NCBI GenBank assembly: GCA_937858275.1
Contig: CALLZK010000024.1
Location: forward strand, 1,567-65,566
Direction: 5' to 3'
Length of the DNA stretch: 64,000 nucleotides
Origin: an uncultured bacterium
GTDB taxonomy: Bacteria; Patescibacteriota; Minisyncoccia; Phycocordibacterales; JAACPR01
The notes beneath the pieces were generated by a model. The model was not told the DNA's origin. It was given only the letters and a program-made list of their open reading frames with translations, and searched no databases. Below, in pieces: positions 55,954 to 64,000 of the stretch; positions within the stretch are counted from its first letter, which is position 1; every line of letters starts with the position of its first letter. Made by a program: the position numbers and the translations under genes.

Positions 55954-56421
55954 CTATCTTGTGACACCAATATAGTCAGATGAAACTATTGATCCGTCGG
56001 GGCCTTGTGTATTTTGGGCACATACAGTAACCCTTCCATTACCTGAATCGATTACAACTTTATATTGTCCGTTGTTATTTGAAACATCCGGATCGGTTGG
56101 TATTGCAGAAAGATAACTTGAAACCAGGTAGGATTCCAAGTCCGATGCATCCGTTCCATCATTAACACAGCCCTGTATGGCCTGATCTGTATCAGAATAA
56201 GAATCATCATCATATATATTTAATAAACTTAAATTACCAGCATTATCAATTCCATATTGATGAATTGCATTCAAGATCGCCAAAACATCAGATCTTCTCT
56301 GAGCATTATTTGCATCAGCAATTTGTTTTGCTGGATTTATGGCGACAATAACTATACCTGCCAGAATAGCAATTATTGCTATAACTAATAACATTTCTAA
56401 TAATGTAAAACCTTTTTTCAT
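55954..56421 (-). CDS. pilA: type IVa major pilin
   Basis: 'MKKGFTLLEMLLVIAIIAILAGI' and a C-terminal Cys pair (disulfide loop). Confidence 0.85.
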   Translation of the reverse strand: MKKGFTLLEMLLVIAIIAILAGIVIVAINPAKQIADANNAQRRSDVLAILNAIHQYGIDNAGNLSLLNIYDDDSYSDTDQAIQGCVNDGTDASDLESYLVSSYLSAIPTDPDVSNNNGQYKVVIDSGNGRVTVCAQNTQGPDGSIVSSDYIGVTR

Positions 56422-56534
56422 ATTTTTATATTTAAATTAATCTAATATTGTTTTAATAAAACTCTATAACCAACAAATTATAACATTATAAGAATTTATT
56501 GGGAACAGTCAAAAATAAAATAATGTGTAAAACT

Positions 56535-56753
56535 CTATTTCATTAACTGAGATAATTTATGTTGATTTGCCATCATCACTTCCATTGCGGCGGTTTGTTG
56601 ATCTTTTCCAGATTTTATTTTTGCTTGTATTTCTTCAGCAATTTTTTTGAAAAATTCTGGGTCTTTTTCAAATGCTGTAATAATTTTATCTTGCTGATCT
56701 TTTGGAAGATCCTTCATTTGCCTTCTAAGCATTGCTTTCATCAAAAAATTCAT
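56535..56753 (-). CDS. small helical protein of unknown function
   Basis: ATG at 56753 (MNFLMKAMLRRQ...). The longer track ORF overlaps the upstream gene by 50 nt. Confidence 0.35.
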   Translation of the reverse strand: MNFLMKAMLRRQMKDLPKDQQDKIITAFEKDPEFFKKIAEEIQAKIKSGKDQQTAAMEVMMANQHKLSQLMK

Positions 56754-56784
56754 ATTTTTAAAATTAAATTTATAATTTGTTTTA

Positions 56785-57105
56785 TTAATTATGTTTGTAA
56801 GTCTCACCCTCATTACCCAATCCACCGGACTCAAACATTATAGCAGAATCATCTAATCTTTTTTTCATTTTTGCTATTTCTTCATTCTTTTTTTTGATTT
56901 TATAACCTCTTGTCAAAAAAGGTGGCATCATAATCAAAATCGGAATCAAGACACCAACAATAAATGAAGTTACTATGATCAAACCAATTGGGCTCTCAAA
57001 ACTTATGATCCAAAATTTTACAGTTATCAAATCTAAATTTTGAAAATTAAAAACTAACCCGGCAGATAATAAAATTAAAAATACTAAAATTAATGAAATA
57101 ATCAT
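56785..57105 (-). CDS. LapA-domain (DUF1049-like) membrane protein
   Basis: TM, 'NFQNLDLITVKFWIISFE', TM, then a basic coiled tail, as in LapA/YrvD. Confidence 0.5.
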   Translation of the reverse strand: MIISLILVFLILLSAGLVFNFQNLDLITVKFWIISFESPIGLIIVTSFIVGVLIPILIMMPPFLTRGYKIKKKNEEIAKMKKRLDDSAIMFESGGLGNEGETYKHN

Positions 57106-57152
57106 ATTTATAGATATTTTAGCATAGTTTTAAATAATCCACCAATATGGAC

Positions 57153-57180
57153 TAGATTTTTAAAATAATTGCTGTATAAT
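57153..57180 (+). promoter_or_regulatory. candidate promoter for tRNA-Ala (TG-TATAAT extended -10 at 57173-57180)
   Basis: A perfect TATAAT 12 nt upstream of the tRNA 5' end. The -35 is weak. Confidence 0.4.
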
Positions 57181-57191
57181 AGTTTTTGTTT

Positions 57192-57264
57192 GGGCCGGTA
57201 GCTCACCTGGTAGAGCGCCTCACTTGCACTGAGGAGGTAGCGGGTTCAAGTCCTGTCCGGTCCA
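57192..57264 (+). tRNA. tRNA-Ala (anticodon UGC)
   Basis: Cloverleaf: acceptor GGGCCGG/CCGGTCC with G3:U70, D-arm GCTC..GAGC, anticodon stem CCTCA/TGAGG with loop CTTGCAC, T-loop TTCAAGT. 73 nt. CCA is not encoded. Confidence 0.9.
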
Positions 57265-57268
57265 CAAA

Positions 57269-57724
57269 ATGAATTTTGGTCTTTCAAAAAAAATGCAAAT
57301 AGTATTTTTTGTATTGATAATTTGTGCTGTAATAGGCCTGTTAGACACTGTTTATTTAACAATAAAACATTATGAGGGTGCTCCGGTTGTTTGTGGATTA
57401 TTTGATAGGTGTGACATTGTAACAACAAGTAAATACTCGACGATTTTTGGATTTCCAATTTCTCTTTTGGGAGCAATATATTATTTTTTAATTTTAATAT
57501 TAATAGATATTTATTTATTTTTTAAAATAAAATTTATTCCAAAAATTGCTTTAGCAATTTCCACATTATCATTTTTGTTTTCTGTGTGGTTAGTTTATTT
57601 ACAATTATTCATTCTAAAATCCATTTGCCCATATTGCATGCTATCGGCAACAACTTCCACAATTATTTTTGGATTGCTTATTTTTATAAATTACAAATCT
57701 CGCATTGCCAATTCTATTACATGA
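57269..57724 (+). CDS. vitamin K epoxide reductase (VKOR) family membrane oxidoreductase
   Basis: Loop Cys pair 'VVCGLFDRCD', active-site 'CPYC', and 4-5 TM. Starts 4 nt after the tRNA. Confidence 0.75.
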   Translation: MNFGLSKKMQIVFFVLIICAVIGLLDTVYLTIKHYEGAPVVCGLFDRCDIVTTSKYSTIFGFPISLLGAIYYFLILILIDIYLFFKIKFIPKIALAISTLSFLFSVWLVYLQLFILKSICPYCMLSATTSTIIFGLLIFINYKSRIANSIT

Positions 57725-58659
57725 TCCAAAAATTCTTTGTAATTTGAGCCAATTGGTGGTAAAGATTTTGGGAACAAAGATTCTTTTGTTAATCCTGGTA
57801 AAGAATTTGTTTCGAGTGCATAAATTCCTCTTCTTGGATGAATTATAAAATCAGTTCTAGAATAATGTCTCAAACCCAAAGAATCATGGGCCAAAATAGA
57901 ATATCTTTGTAAAACTTCTTTTTCATCATTATTAAAATTTCCAGGACAAATTTCTTCTGATTTTCCAGAATATTTTGCTTCATAATCAAAAAAATATTTT
58001 TCTTGTGGAATTTTTATTTCAACAGGAAGCATAGCATAAATTTTTTGGTCTCTGAATTTGTCTATTACTCCAACAGTTGCTTCTTTTCCAGAAATATATT
58101 CTTCTATTAACAAATTATCAAATTGAATAAACATACTTATTAATGTCTCAACCAAACTTTTGTAATCTCTTGCAATTGAAACACCAACCGAAGAACCGGA
58201 TGCAATTGGTTTTATAACTACCGGCATTGGAAAAGAACGAAATATATCTATAGCAATTGTGTGTACATCTCCGTCAGTTTTTTTCACAACTTTATAAATA
58301 GGAGTTTTTATGCCGAATTTTTGATAAATATCCTTTGTTAATTTTTTGTTCATTGAAATTGCAGCAGAAGCTTTTTGAGGACCAGTAAATGGCACTCCGA
58401 CATTTTCAAGAATTCTTTGAACTTTTCCATCTTCACCATATTCCCCATGCATTGCATTGAAAACACAATCAGAATTGGCACACACTTTTTCGGGAGAAGT
58501 TTCTGATCCTCCAGAAACCCAAATACCGGATCTGTCTACAACAACATCCAAAACATCATTTTCTTTTGATAATTCATCAATAACAGATCTTCCGGTTTTC
58601 ATGGAAACCTCATGCTCATTTGATGGACCGCCCCTGATGACAACTATTTTCTTTTTCAT
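57691..58659 (-). CDS. ddl: D-alanine--D-alanine ligase
   Basis: 'KIVVIRGGPSNEHEVS' and an ATP-grasp region 'SGSSVGV'. Confidence 0.9.
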   Translation of the reverse strand: MKKKIVVIRGGPSNEHEVSMKTGRSVIDELSKENDVLDVVVDRSGIWVSGGSETSPEKVCANSDCVFNAMHGEYGEDGKVQRILENVGVPFTGPQKASAAISMNKKLTKDIYQKFGIKTPIYKVVKKTDGDVHTIAIDIFRSFPMPVVIKPIASGSSVGVSIARDYKSLVETLISMFIQFDNLLIEEYISGKEATVGVIDKFRDQKIYAMLPVEIKIPQEKYFFDYEAKYSGKSEEICPGNFNNDEKEVLQRYSILAHDSLGLRHYSRTDFIIHPRRGIYALETNSLPGLTKESLFPKSLPPIGSNYKEFLDHVIELAMRDL

Positions 58660-58688
58660 TTTAAATAAAAATTAAACAATAATTTATT

Positions 58689-59945
58689 TTATTTTAACAT
58701 ACTTCTTCTTTTTCTGTGAAATGAAATTGCAAATCTGTGAGTTTCTTGATTAATTTGTAAAATTAAATTTTTGTATTTTTGAACTAAATTTTTATCTCCC
58801 AAAATTTCTTTTGGGGCATGTTTGTCGTTTTTTACAACAGATACAATTTTGGGTTTTTTATCATTTTGATTTTTATAAATTTCATCAATGACATTTTGAG
58901 CTATATTTTTTTGTCCAATTCCACCGTCTATAATTATCAAGTTGGGCCATATCCATTCTGAATGATTTAATCTTCTGGTGATTATTTCTTTAAGTGCGGC
59001 ATAATCATCATTTTTATTTTCATTTTTTATGATAAATTTTCTATATAGATTTTTTTGTAAGGAATTATTTTGATAAACCACCATAACTCCGACGGATTGA
59101 TCACCAGATGTGTGAGAAACATCGTAACTTTCTATTCTAAAAAAATCTTTGTTGCTAGAAATTAAATCAGAAAAATCTTCAGAAATCAAAGAAATATCAT
59201 TTATGTGTCCAAGAGCAAAAATGGTGTTTTTAATGTTTTGAGCTTTTTCAAATTCTTGCATTCTAGAAAAATCAGACATCTGTTTTTTTAAATTTGAAAT
59301 AATTTTTTTCTTTTTACCTTCAAAAAAAAGAATAATGTTTTTGATATTTTTTTGATATTTTTTGAGAGAATTTTTGTCTTCAAAAATATTTGGATAAATT
59401 CCAATTTCAAAATTCAAATTAATTCTTTTTTTGTCTAAATCTTTGAATTTTTCTATTGGTTTTTGATTATCAAAAAAAGGAAATATTCTCTGAATTATTT
59501 TTAGAGCTTGTTTTAATTGTCCCGCATTAACAAATGGACCAAAACTTTTTTTGATTTTAAAATCAAATAAATTATATTTTAATTCTCTCTGTCTCAAGAC
59601 CAAAATCCTGGGTATTTTTTCTTCTGTGATTACAACATAATTATAACTTTTATCGTCTTTTTCTTTGATATTGTATTTTGGTTTATGTTTTTTAATTAAA
59701 TTAGATTCCAAAATTAAAGCCTCCAAAACCGAATCCGTTTTTTTAAACACAATTTTGTCAGAAATTGTAATCATATCAACAATCGCGGGACCTCTGGTTT
59801 TGATTAAATCATTAGAAAAATAACTTCTAATCCTATCCTTTAGAGATGTGGCTTTCCCAATATACAAAATTTTGGATTTTTTTTTGAAAAAATAAACACC
59901 GGGTGAATTTGGGAATTTGTATTTTTTTAAATTTTCTAAATTCAT
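58689..59945 (-). CDS. uvrC: excinuclease ABC subunit C, short form (418 aa)
   Basis: GIY-YIG 'PGVYFFKKKSKILYIGKA', a UVR domain, 'IIDGGIGQ', and 'ETHRFAISFHRKRR' at the C-terminus. About 190 aa shorter than canonical UvrC. Confidence 0.8.
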   Translation of the reverse strand: MNLENLKKYKFPNSPGVYFFKKKSKILYIGKATSLKDRIRSYFSNDLIKTRGPAIVDMITISDKIVFKKTDSVLEALILESNLIKKHKPKYNIKEKDDKSYNYVVITEEKIPRILVLRQRELKYNLFDFKIKKSFGPFVNAGQLKQALKIIQRIFPFFDNQKPIEKFKDLDKKRINLNFEIGIYPNIFEDKNSLKKYQKNIKNIILFFEGKKKKIISNLKKQMSDFSRMQEFEKAQNIKNTIFALGHINDISLISEDFSDLISSNKDFFRIESYDVSHTSGDQSVGVMVVYQNNSLQKNLYRKFIIKNENKNDDYAALKEIITRRLNHSEWIWPNLIIIDGGIGQKNIAQNVIDEIYKNQNDKKPKIVSVVKNDKHAPKEILGDKNLVQKYKNLILQINQETHRFAISFHRKRRSMLK

Positions 59946-60025
59946 TTTTGTTATTTTTTATAATAATTTATACAAAATATTGTTTTTTAAAAAAATAATT
60001 TAATTTATAAAATAATTAGAAAAAA

Positions 60026-62632
60026 TTATTTTTTTCTTTTTAATACTCTTTTCAAATATTTTGAAGTAAATCCTTTTTCAGAATCAGCGACTTGCTCTGG
60101 AGTTCCTTTTGTTATAATTTTTCCACCATTAACTCCTCCACCAGGACCAATATCAATAATATAATCAGAGGATTTTATCAAATCCATATTGTGTTCTATT
60201 ACAACGACCGTGTTTCCTTTGTCGACTAATTTTTGTAAAATTTCAATTAATTTTTTTACATCTTCATAATGAAGACCAATGGTTGGTTCATCCAAAATAT
60301 AAATTGTTTTTTGTAAATGTGCCCTATATAATTCGGAAGAAATTTTTACCCTTTGAGCCTCACCACCAGATAAAGTTGTGGCGGATTGTCCTAATTCCAA
60401 ATATCCAAGACCGACATCATCTAAAGTTTTTAATCTATCGTAAATTGCTGGAATATCTTCGAAGAATTTTAGAGCTTCTTCAACTGTCATGTTCAAAACC
60501 TCATAAATATTTTTGTGTTTGTATTTGACTTCAAGAGTTTCTTTCATAAATCTCTTACCATTACAAATATCACAAGGAACATAAACAGTTGGTAAAAAAT
60601 GCATTTCAACTGCAATATATCCATTACCCTGACATGCCTCGCATCTTCCGCCTTTAACATTAAAAGAAAATCTATTGGCCTTCCAACCCCTTGCTCTTGC
60701 TTCTGAAGTTTCAGAAAACAAATCTCTAATAAAAGAAAAGGCACCAGTATAAGTTGCCGGGTTTGATCTTGGGGTTCGTCCAATTGGTGATTGATCTATC
60801 AAAATTGCTCTGCTGATATATTCGCTCCCACTAAAACTTTGGCAATTTTCCAAAACATCGGTTCTGTATCTACGATCAAATTTGTTTCTTAAATTTTTAT
60901 ATAATATTTCATAAACCAAAGATGATTTTCCGGAACCAGAAACTCCCGTTACTGATACAAATTTTCCTAACGGAAAATCAACATCCATATTTTTAATATT
61001 AAAAATATTTCCGCCTTTAATTTGAATTTTTCCACGATTTTCATTTCTACGACTGTCTGGAATTTCTATATTTTTTTCACCTCTCAAATAATCAAGAGTT
61101 AAAGATTTTGAATAATTTGTTTTTGCGGTTAATAATTTTTCTAAATCATCTGCGACAACAACATTTCCACCATGTACCCCAGCTCCAGGTCCAATATCAA
61201 CCAAATAATCAGCAGAAAAAATAGTATCTTCATCATGTTCAACAACAATAATAGTATTTCCAGCATCTCTTAACTCAAGAAGTGTTTTTATGAGACGGTC
61301 ATTGTCGTGTGAATGCAAACCAATTGTTGGCTCGTCCAAAACATAAGTTGCACCAACAAGACCAGATCCAAGTTGTGAAGCCAAACGAATTCTTTGTGAT
61401 TCCCCACCAGACAAAGTGTGTGCTCTTCTGTCTAATGTCAAATATTCTATTCCAACATTATTCATAAAATTTAATCTTTCAGTAATCTCTTTTAATACAA
61501 CCTTGGCAATTTCTTGTTCTTTTTTATTTAATTTTAATTTTTCAAAAAAAACTATGCACTCCGAAACTGACATTTTTGTTAAATCCACAATATTGGTTTT
61601 TGTATTTGGTAGAAAAATATGCAAAGCTTCTGGTCTTAGTCTGGCACCGTTACAAGACTCACACAAATCATTACCAAAAAAATGTTTTGTACCAAGACCA
61701 TTACAAGTTTGACAAGCTCCATATGGAGAATTAAAAGAAAATAACCTGGGTTCTATTTCTGGAAAAGAAAATCCATCATGCGGACACATAAATTTTGCAG
61801 AAATTAATTTTTCTTCATTTGGGGTAACGATTTTTAGTAATCCCTCAGATTCCTGCAATGCCCTTTCTATTGATTCAGAAAGTCTTTCTTTGTAGCCTTC
61901 TTTTTTATTTTTAATATCTGACAAATACAACTCGTCAATCAAAATATCAATATCGTGTTTTTTGTTTTTTGATAAAACAATACTTTCTCTTAATGAATAT
62001 ATTTTTCCATCTATTTTGGCTTTTTGATATCCTTTTCCCAACATATCATAAAGCAATTGATAATACTCCCCTTTTCGCCCAACTATAACAGGAGCAAAAA
62101 CCATTAATTTTTCGGAGTCAACTTTGACATTCAAAACCTTTTTTGAATTTTTTGATTCTATATTTTCTACTAAATTTATGATTGTATTTAAAATTTCTTC
62201 TTGTGTTAATTTTACAATTTCTTGTCCGCAAACAAGACAATGTGGTCTACCAATTCTGGCATATAAAATTCTCAAATAATCATAAATTTCAGTAATTGTA
62301 GCAACGGTTGACCTTGGATTATTTGAACGAGATTTTTGATCTATTGAAATTGCCGGAGAAAGACCAGTTATTTCGTCGACATCTGGTTTTTGCATTTTAT
62401 TTAAAAATTGCCTAGCATAAGCAGACAAAGATTCAACATATCTTCTTTGTCCTTCTGCAAAAATTGTATCAAAAGCCAAAGAAGACTTTCCGGAACCAGA
62501 AAGTCCGGTGAAAACAATCATTTTGTGCCTAGGCATTTCAACTGTAATATTTTTTAGATTGTGAGTTCTGGCACCTTTAACAATTATTTTTTCTTGGTCT
62601 ATATTATTTTTTTTAAAATTTTGTTTTGACAT
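60026..62632 (-). CDS. uvrA: excinuclease ABC subunit A (868 aa)
   Basis: Two ABC modules '[14 protein letters not shown]' and '[11 protein letters not shown]', and zinc fingers '[13 protein letters not shown]' and '[16 protein letters not shown]'. Confidence 0.95.
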   Translation of the reverse strand: MSKQNFKKNNIDQEKIIVKGARTHNLKNITVEMPRHKMIVFTGLSGSGKSSLAFDTIFAEGQRRYVESLSAYARQFLNKMQKPDVDEITGLSPAISIDQKSRSNNPRSTVATITEIYDYLRILYARIGRPHCLVCGQEIVKLTQEEILNTIINLVENIESKNSKKVLNVKVDSEKLMVFAPVIVGRKGEYYQLLYDMLGKGYQKAKIDGKIYSLRESIVLSKNKKHDIDILIDELYLSDIKNKKEGYKERLSESIERALQESEGLLKIVTPNEEKLISAKFMCPHDGFSFPEIEPRLFSFNSPYGACQTCNGLGTKHFFGNDLCESCNGARLRPEALHIFLPNTKTNIVDLTKMSVSECIVFFEKLKLNKKEQEIAKVVLKEITERLNFMNNVGIEYLTLDRRAHTLSGGESQRIRLASQLGSGLVGATYVLDEPTIGLHSHDNDRLIKTLLELRDAGNTIIVVEHDEDTIFSADYLVDIGPGAGVHGGNVVVADDLEKLLTAKTNYSKSLTLDYLRGEKNIEIPDSRRNENRGKIQIKGGNIFNIKNMDVDFPLGKFVSVTGVSGSGKSSLVYEILYKNLRNKFDRRYRTDVLENCQSFSGSEYISRAILIDQSPIGRTPRSNPATYTGAFSFIRDLFSETSEARARGWKANRFSFNVKGGRCEACQGNGYIAVEMHFLPTVYVPCDICNGKRFMKETLEVKYKHKNIYEVLNMTVEEALKFFEDIPAIYDRLKTLDDVGLGYLELGQSATTLSGGEAQRVKISSELYRAHLQKTIYILDEPTIGLHYEDVKKLIEILQKLVDKGNTVVVIEHNMDLIKSSDYIIDIGPGGGVNGGKIITKGTPEQVADSEKGFTSKYLKRVLKRKK

Positions 62633-62699
62633 TTTTTATAAAAACATACAAACCCTGATTTTGCTGACAGGGTTATATTGGAAATTCATTATCGCATTT

Positions 62700-62745
62700 T
62701 TTTTTAAAAAAACAAGCCCGCACATTCTGTCACAATATGCGGGCT
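62700..62745 (-). terminator. hairpin terminator (GCCCGCA..15 nt..TGCGGGC + T-run on the minus strand) after the GC-rich gene
   Basis: 7-bp GC-rich stem flanked by A and T runs. A second hairpin ACCCTG..CAGGGT (62652-62673) lies in the uvrA leader. Confidence 0.6.
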
Positions 62746-62759
62746 TTAGGGGACGAAGC

Positions 62760-63497
62760 TTAGGCAGTGCAACTTGCCGATGACACCCTGACCCTCATCC
62801 AGTCAACATGGGTATCAGCAGGCTTGGGCACATTACCGTAAGACTTCAAACGGTATTGAAACTCGGGCAAGGTCAAACGATTTAATATCGAGATCTGTCG
62901 AAGCAGTTCGTTGTATGTTTCATCTGCCGACAGGTTGCCGTTGTTTTTTACCAAAAACCTTGGCACATTCCTTGATTTGACCTCGCGATCAATCAGGTGG
63001 GCAACTTCATGGTAACGATGAATTCGTTTCCAAACCGCCTCTTCGTCCATGTCGTCGATACGACACTGTTCTTCCGCTCGCTTTTTAGCACGAGCAAAAC
63101 AAACATGTGGCGGAACATCGATTTCAATTGAAATGATGTCATTGCTTGAACTATATTTCAACAGATCAAGCATCAAAACGGCTTGTTCTTGCTCTCGCAA
63201 GATGCCGTTATGAATAACCACCGACAGTCCCCGTCCTTTCAGAACAGATTCATCAAGACCATCAAAAATTCTTTGGCCCTGATTATCTTTTCCGGACAAT
63301 GCACTTCCTCGCAAGATCACATGAAGGACCTTTTGAGTTCCACTTTGAGGAACTCGATAAAGTGCATCCTTCCAAATATTGTAAGCGATTTTGCACGGAA
63401 CATTCGCTCCGCGAGACATCATTTCACGAACCGAAGAAGCCAATTGCGGATCTTCGATTTGCTTTAAAAGTTCAGACATAACAATCATTCTTTTCAC
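62760..63497 (-). CDS. P-loop kinase-like protein (possible chloramphenicol-phosphotransferase-like or NMP-kinase fold) in a about 50% GC island
   Basis: GTG start at 63497 is preceded by 'ttGGAGGatagaa' (ATG alternative at 63488). Walker-A-like 'VILRGSALSGKDNQG'. 'IEIDVPPHVCFARAKKRAEE' resembles a kinase LID segment. Codon usage is GC-rich. Confidence 0.55.
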   Translation of the reverse strand: MKRMIVMSELLKQIEDPQLASSVREMMSRGANVPCKIAYNIWKDALYRVPQSGTQKVLHVILRGSALSGKDNQGQRIFDGLDESVLKGRGLSVVIHNGILREQEQAVLMLDLLKYSSSNDIISIEIDVPPHVCFARAKKRAEEQCRIDDMDEEAVWKRIHRYHEVAHLIDREVKSRNVPRFLVKNNGNLSADETYNELLRQISILNRLTLPEFQYRLKSYGNVPKPADTHVDWMRVRVSSASCTA

Positions 63498-63556
63498 TTC
63501 TATCCTCCAAGAGCATTTTAGCTCTATAATGTTACTGTACTAATCAACGAAAGCAC

Positions 63557-64000
63557 CTACTTTCGTTTCAATCCGTCAGAAACTTTACCATTTTTATTTA
63601 AAATATCAAGTATTTGTCTTATTTCGTCTCTTAAAATAGCAGCAGTTTCAAAATCAAGACTTTTGGCAGCAGCATTCATTTTTTTCTCTTTTTGTTTTAA
63701 TAATTTTTCTGGATTATTTTTTAACATTTTTTCATCAAGTTTTAGTAAAATATTAACAGCCTTTTTGTGTTCGGTATTAATTTGATCTGTTATATCTTTA
63801 ATAGATTTTATAATAGTTTTTGGGGTAATATTATTTTTCTTATTATATTGTAATTGAATTTCTCGACGACGATTTGTTTCTTTTATTGCTCTATCAAGAG
63901 AACCGGTTATTCTATCTGCATACAAAATAACCCTACCATCAACATTTCTGGCTGCTCGACCAATAGTTTGAATTAAAGAAGTTTCTGATCTTAGAAAACC
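63557..64000 (-). CDS. uvrB: excinuclease ABC subunit B, C-terminal part (gene continues beyond the window end)
   Basis: 'GFLRSETSLIQTIGRAARNVDGRVILYAD' (helicase motif VI region) and a C-terminal UVR domain '..AAKSLDFETAAILRDEI..'. Confidence 0.85.
   Translation of the reverse strand, partial: GFLRSETSLIQTIGRAARNVDGRVILYADRITGSLDRAIKETNRRREIQLQYNKKNNITPKTIIKSIKDITDQINTEHKKAVNILLKLDEKMLKNNPEKLLKQKEKKMNAAAKSLDFETAAILRDEIRQILDILNKNGKVSDGLKRK

Noticed and set aside
57246-57476. 76-aa minus-strand ORF
   Set aside because: It overlaps the tRNA-Ala gene and the VKOR coding region in antisense, so it is spurious.
1-64000. CRISPR arrays, rRNA genes, transposases or integrases, alternative genetic code
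   Set aside because: No short direct-repeat or spacer arrays were seen. The only extended repeat is the intragenic 588-bp duplication. There are no rRNA-like GC-rich blocks. There are no DDE or tyrosine-recombinase motifs next to the GC-rich islands. Long ORFs end at TGA, TAA and TAG under the standard code.

Overview
This 64-kb window is very AT-rich (about 27-30% GC by eye) and gene-dense. It looks like a reduced-genome bacterium, most likely of the Candidate Phyla Radiation (Patescibacteria) type. The standard genetic code appears to be in use, since long ORFs end at TGA, TAA and TAG. Shine-Dalgarno sequences are mostly absent. Several housekeeping proteins are shortened (AlaRS 596 aa, UvrA 868 aa, UvrC 418 aa). 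About 43 kb of genes (13.9-57.1 kb) lie on the minus strand.

Contents, left to right:
- Plus-strand block (0.2-13.4 kb): cyclophilin, an orphan class-I DAHP synthase, a small GC-rich secreted protein, a methyltransferase, YqeY, RmuC, rplU, recR-dnaB (minus strand), CorA, CtpA-rplI, rpmA, and an SLT-domain protein.
- Minus-strand run: an EnvC-like M23 peptidase and gltX; a cell-wall remnant cluster (mraY-ftsW-murG, with murD absent); a D-Ala-D-Ala carboxypeptidase; scpAB; trpS; a sensor-less histidine kinase plus a 4-TM partner; grpE-dnaK-dnaJ (the DnaJ lacks a Zn finger); ribosomal and rpoA genes (rpsI, rplM, rplQ, rpoA, rpsD, rpsK, rpsM, rpmJ, infA); an actin-like ATPase plus a bitopic membrane protein; alaS; an ATP-cone-Mrr nuclease-fold fusion; mnmA; mltG; a sigma-region-4 plus HARE-HTH protein; leuS; ychF.
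- A complete-looking type IV pilus locus: pilM/N fusion, four pilin-like genes, pilC, pilB, pilA. A 1121-aa beta-helix repeat protein sits among the minor pilins.
- Right end: tRNA-Ala(UGC), a VKOR-family gene, ddl, uvrC, uvrA, a about 50% GC kinase-like gene inserted between uvrA and uvrB, and the start of uvrB running off the window.

No CRISPR array, rRNA, transposase or integrase was seen. The two GC-rich genes (2059-2373 and 62760-63497) carry strong SD sequences, unlike native genes, and look recently acquired.
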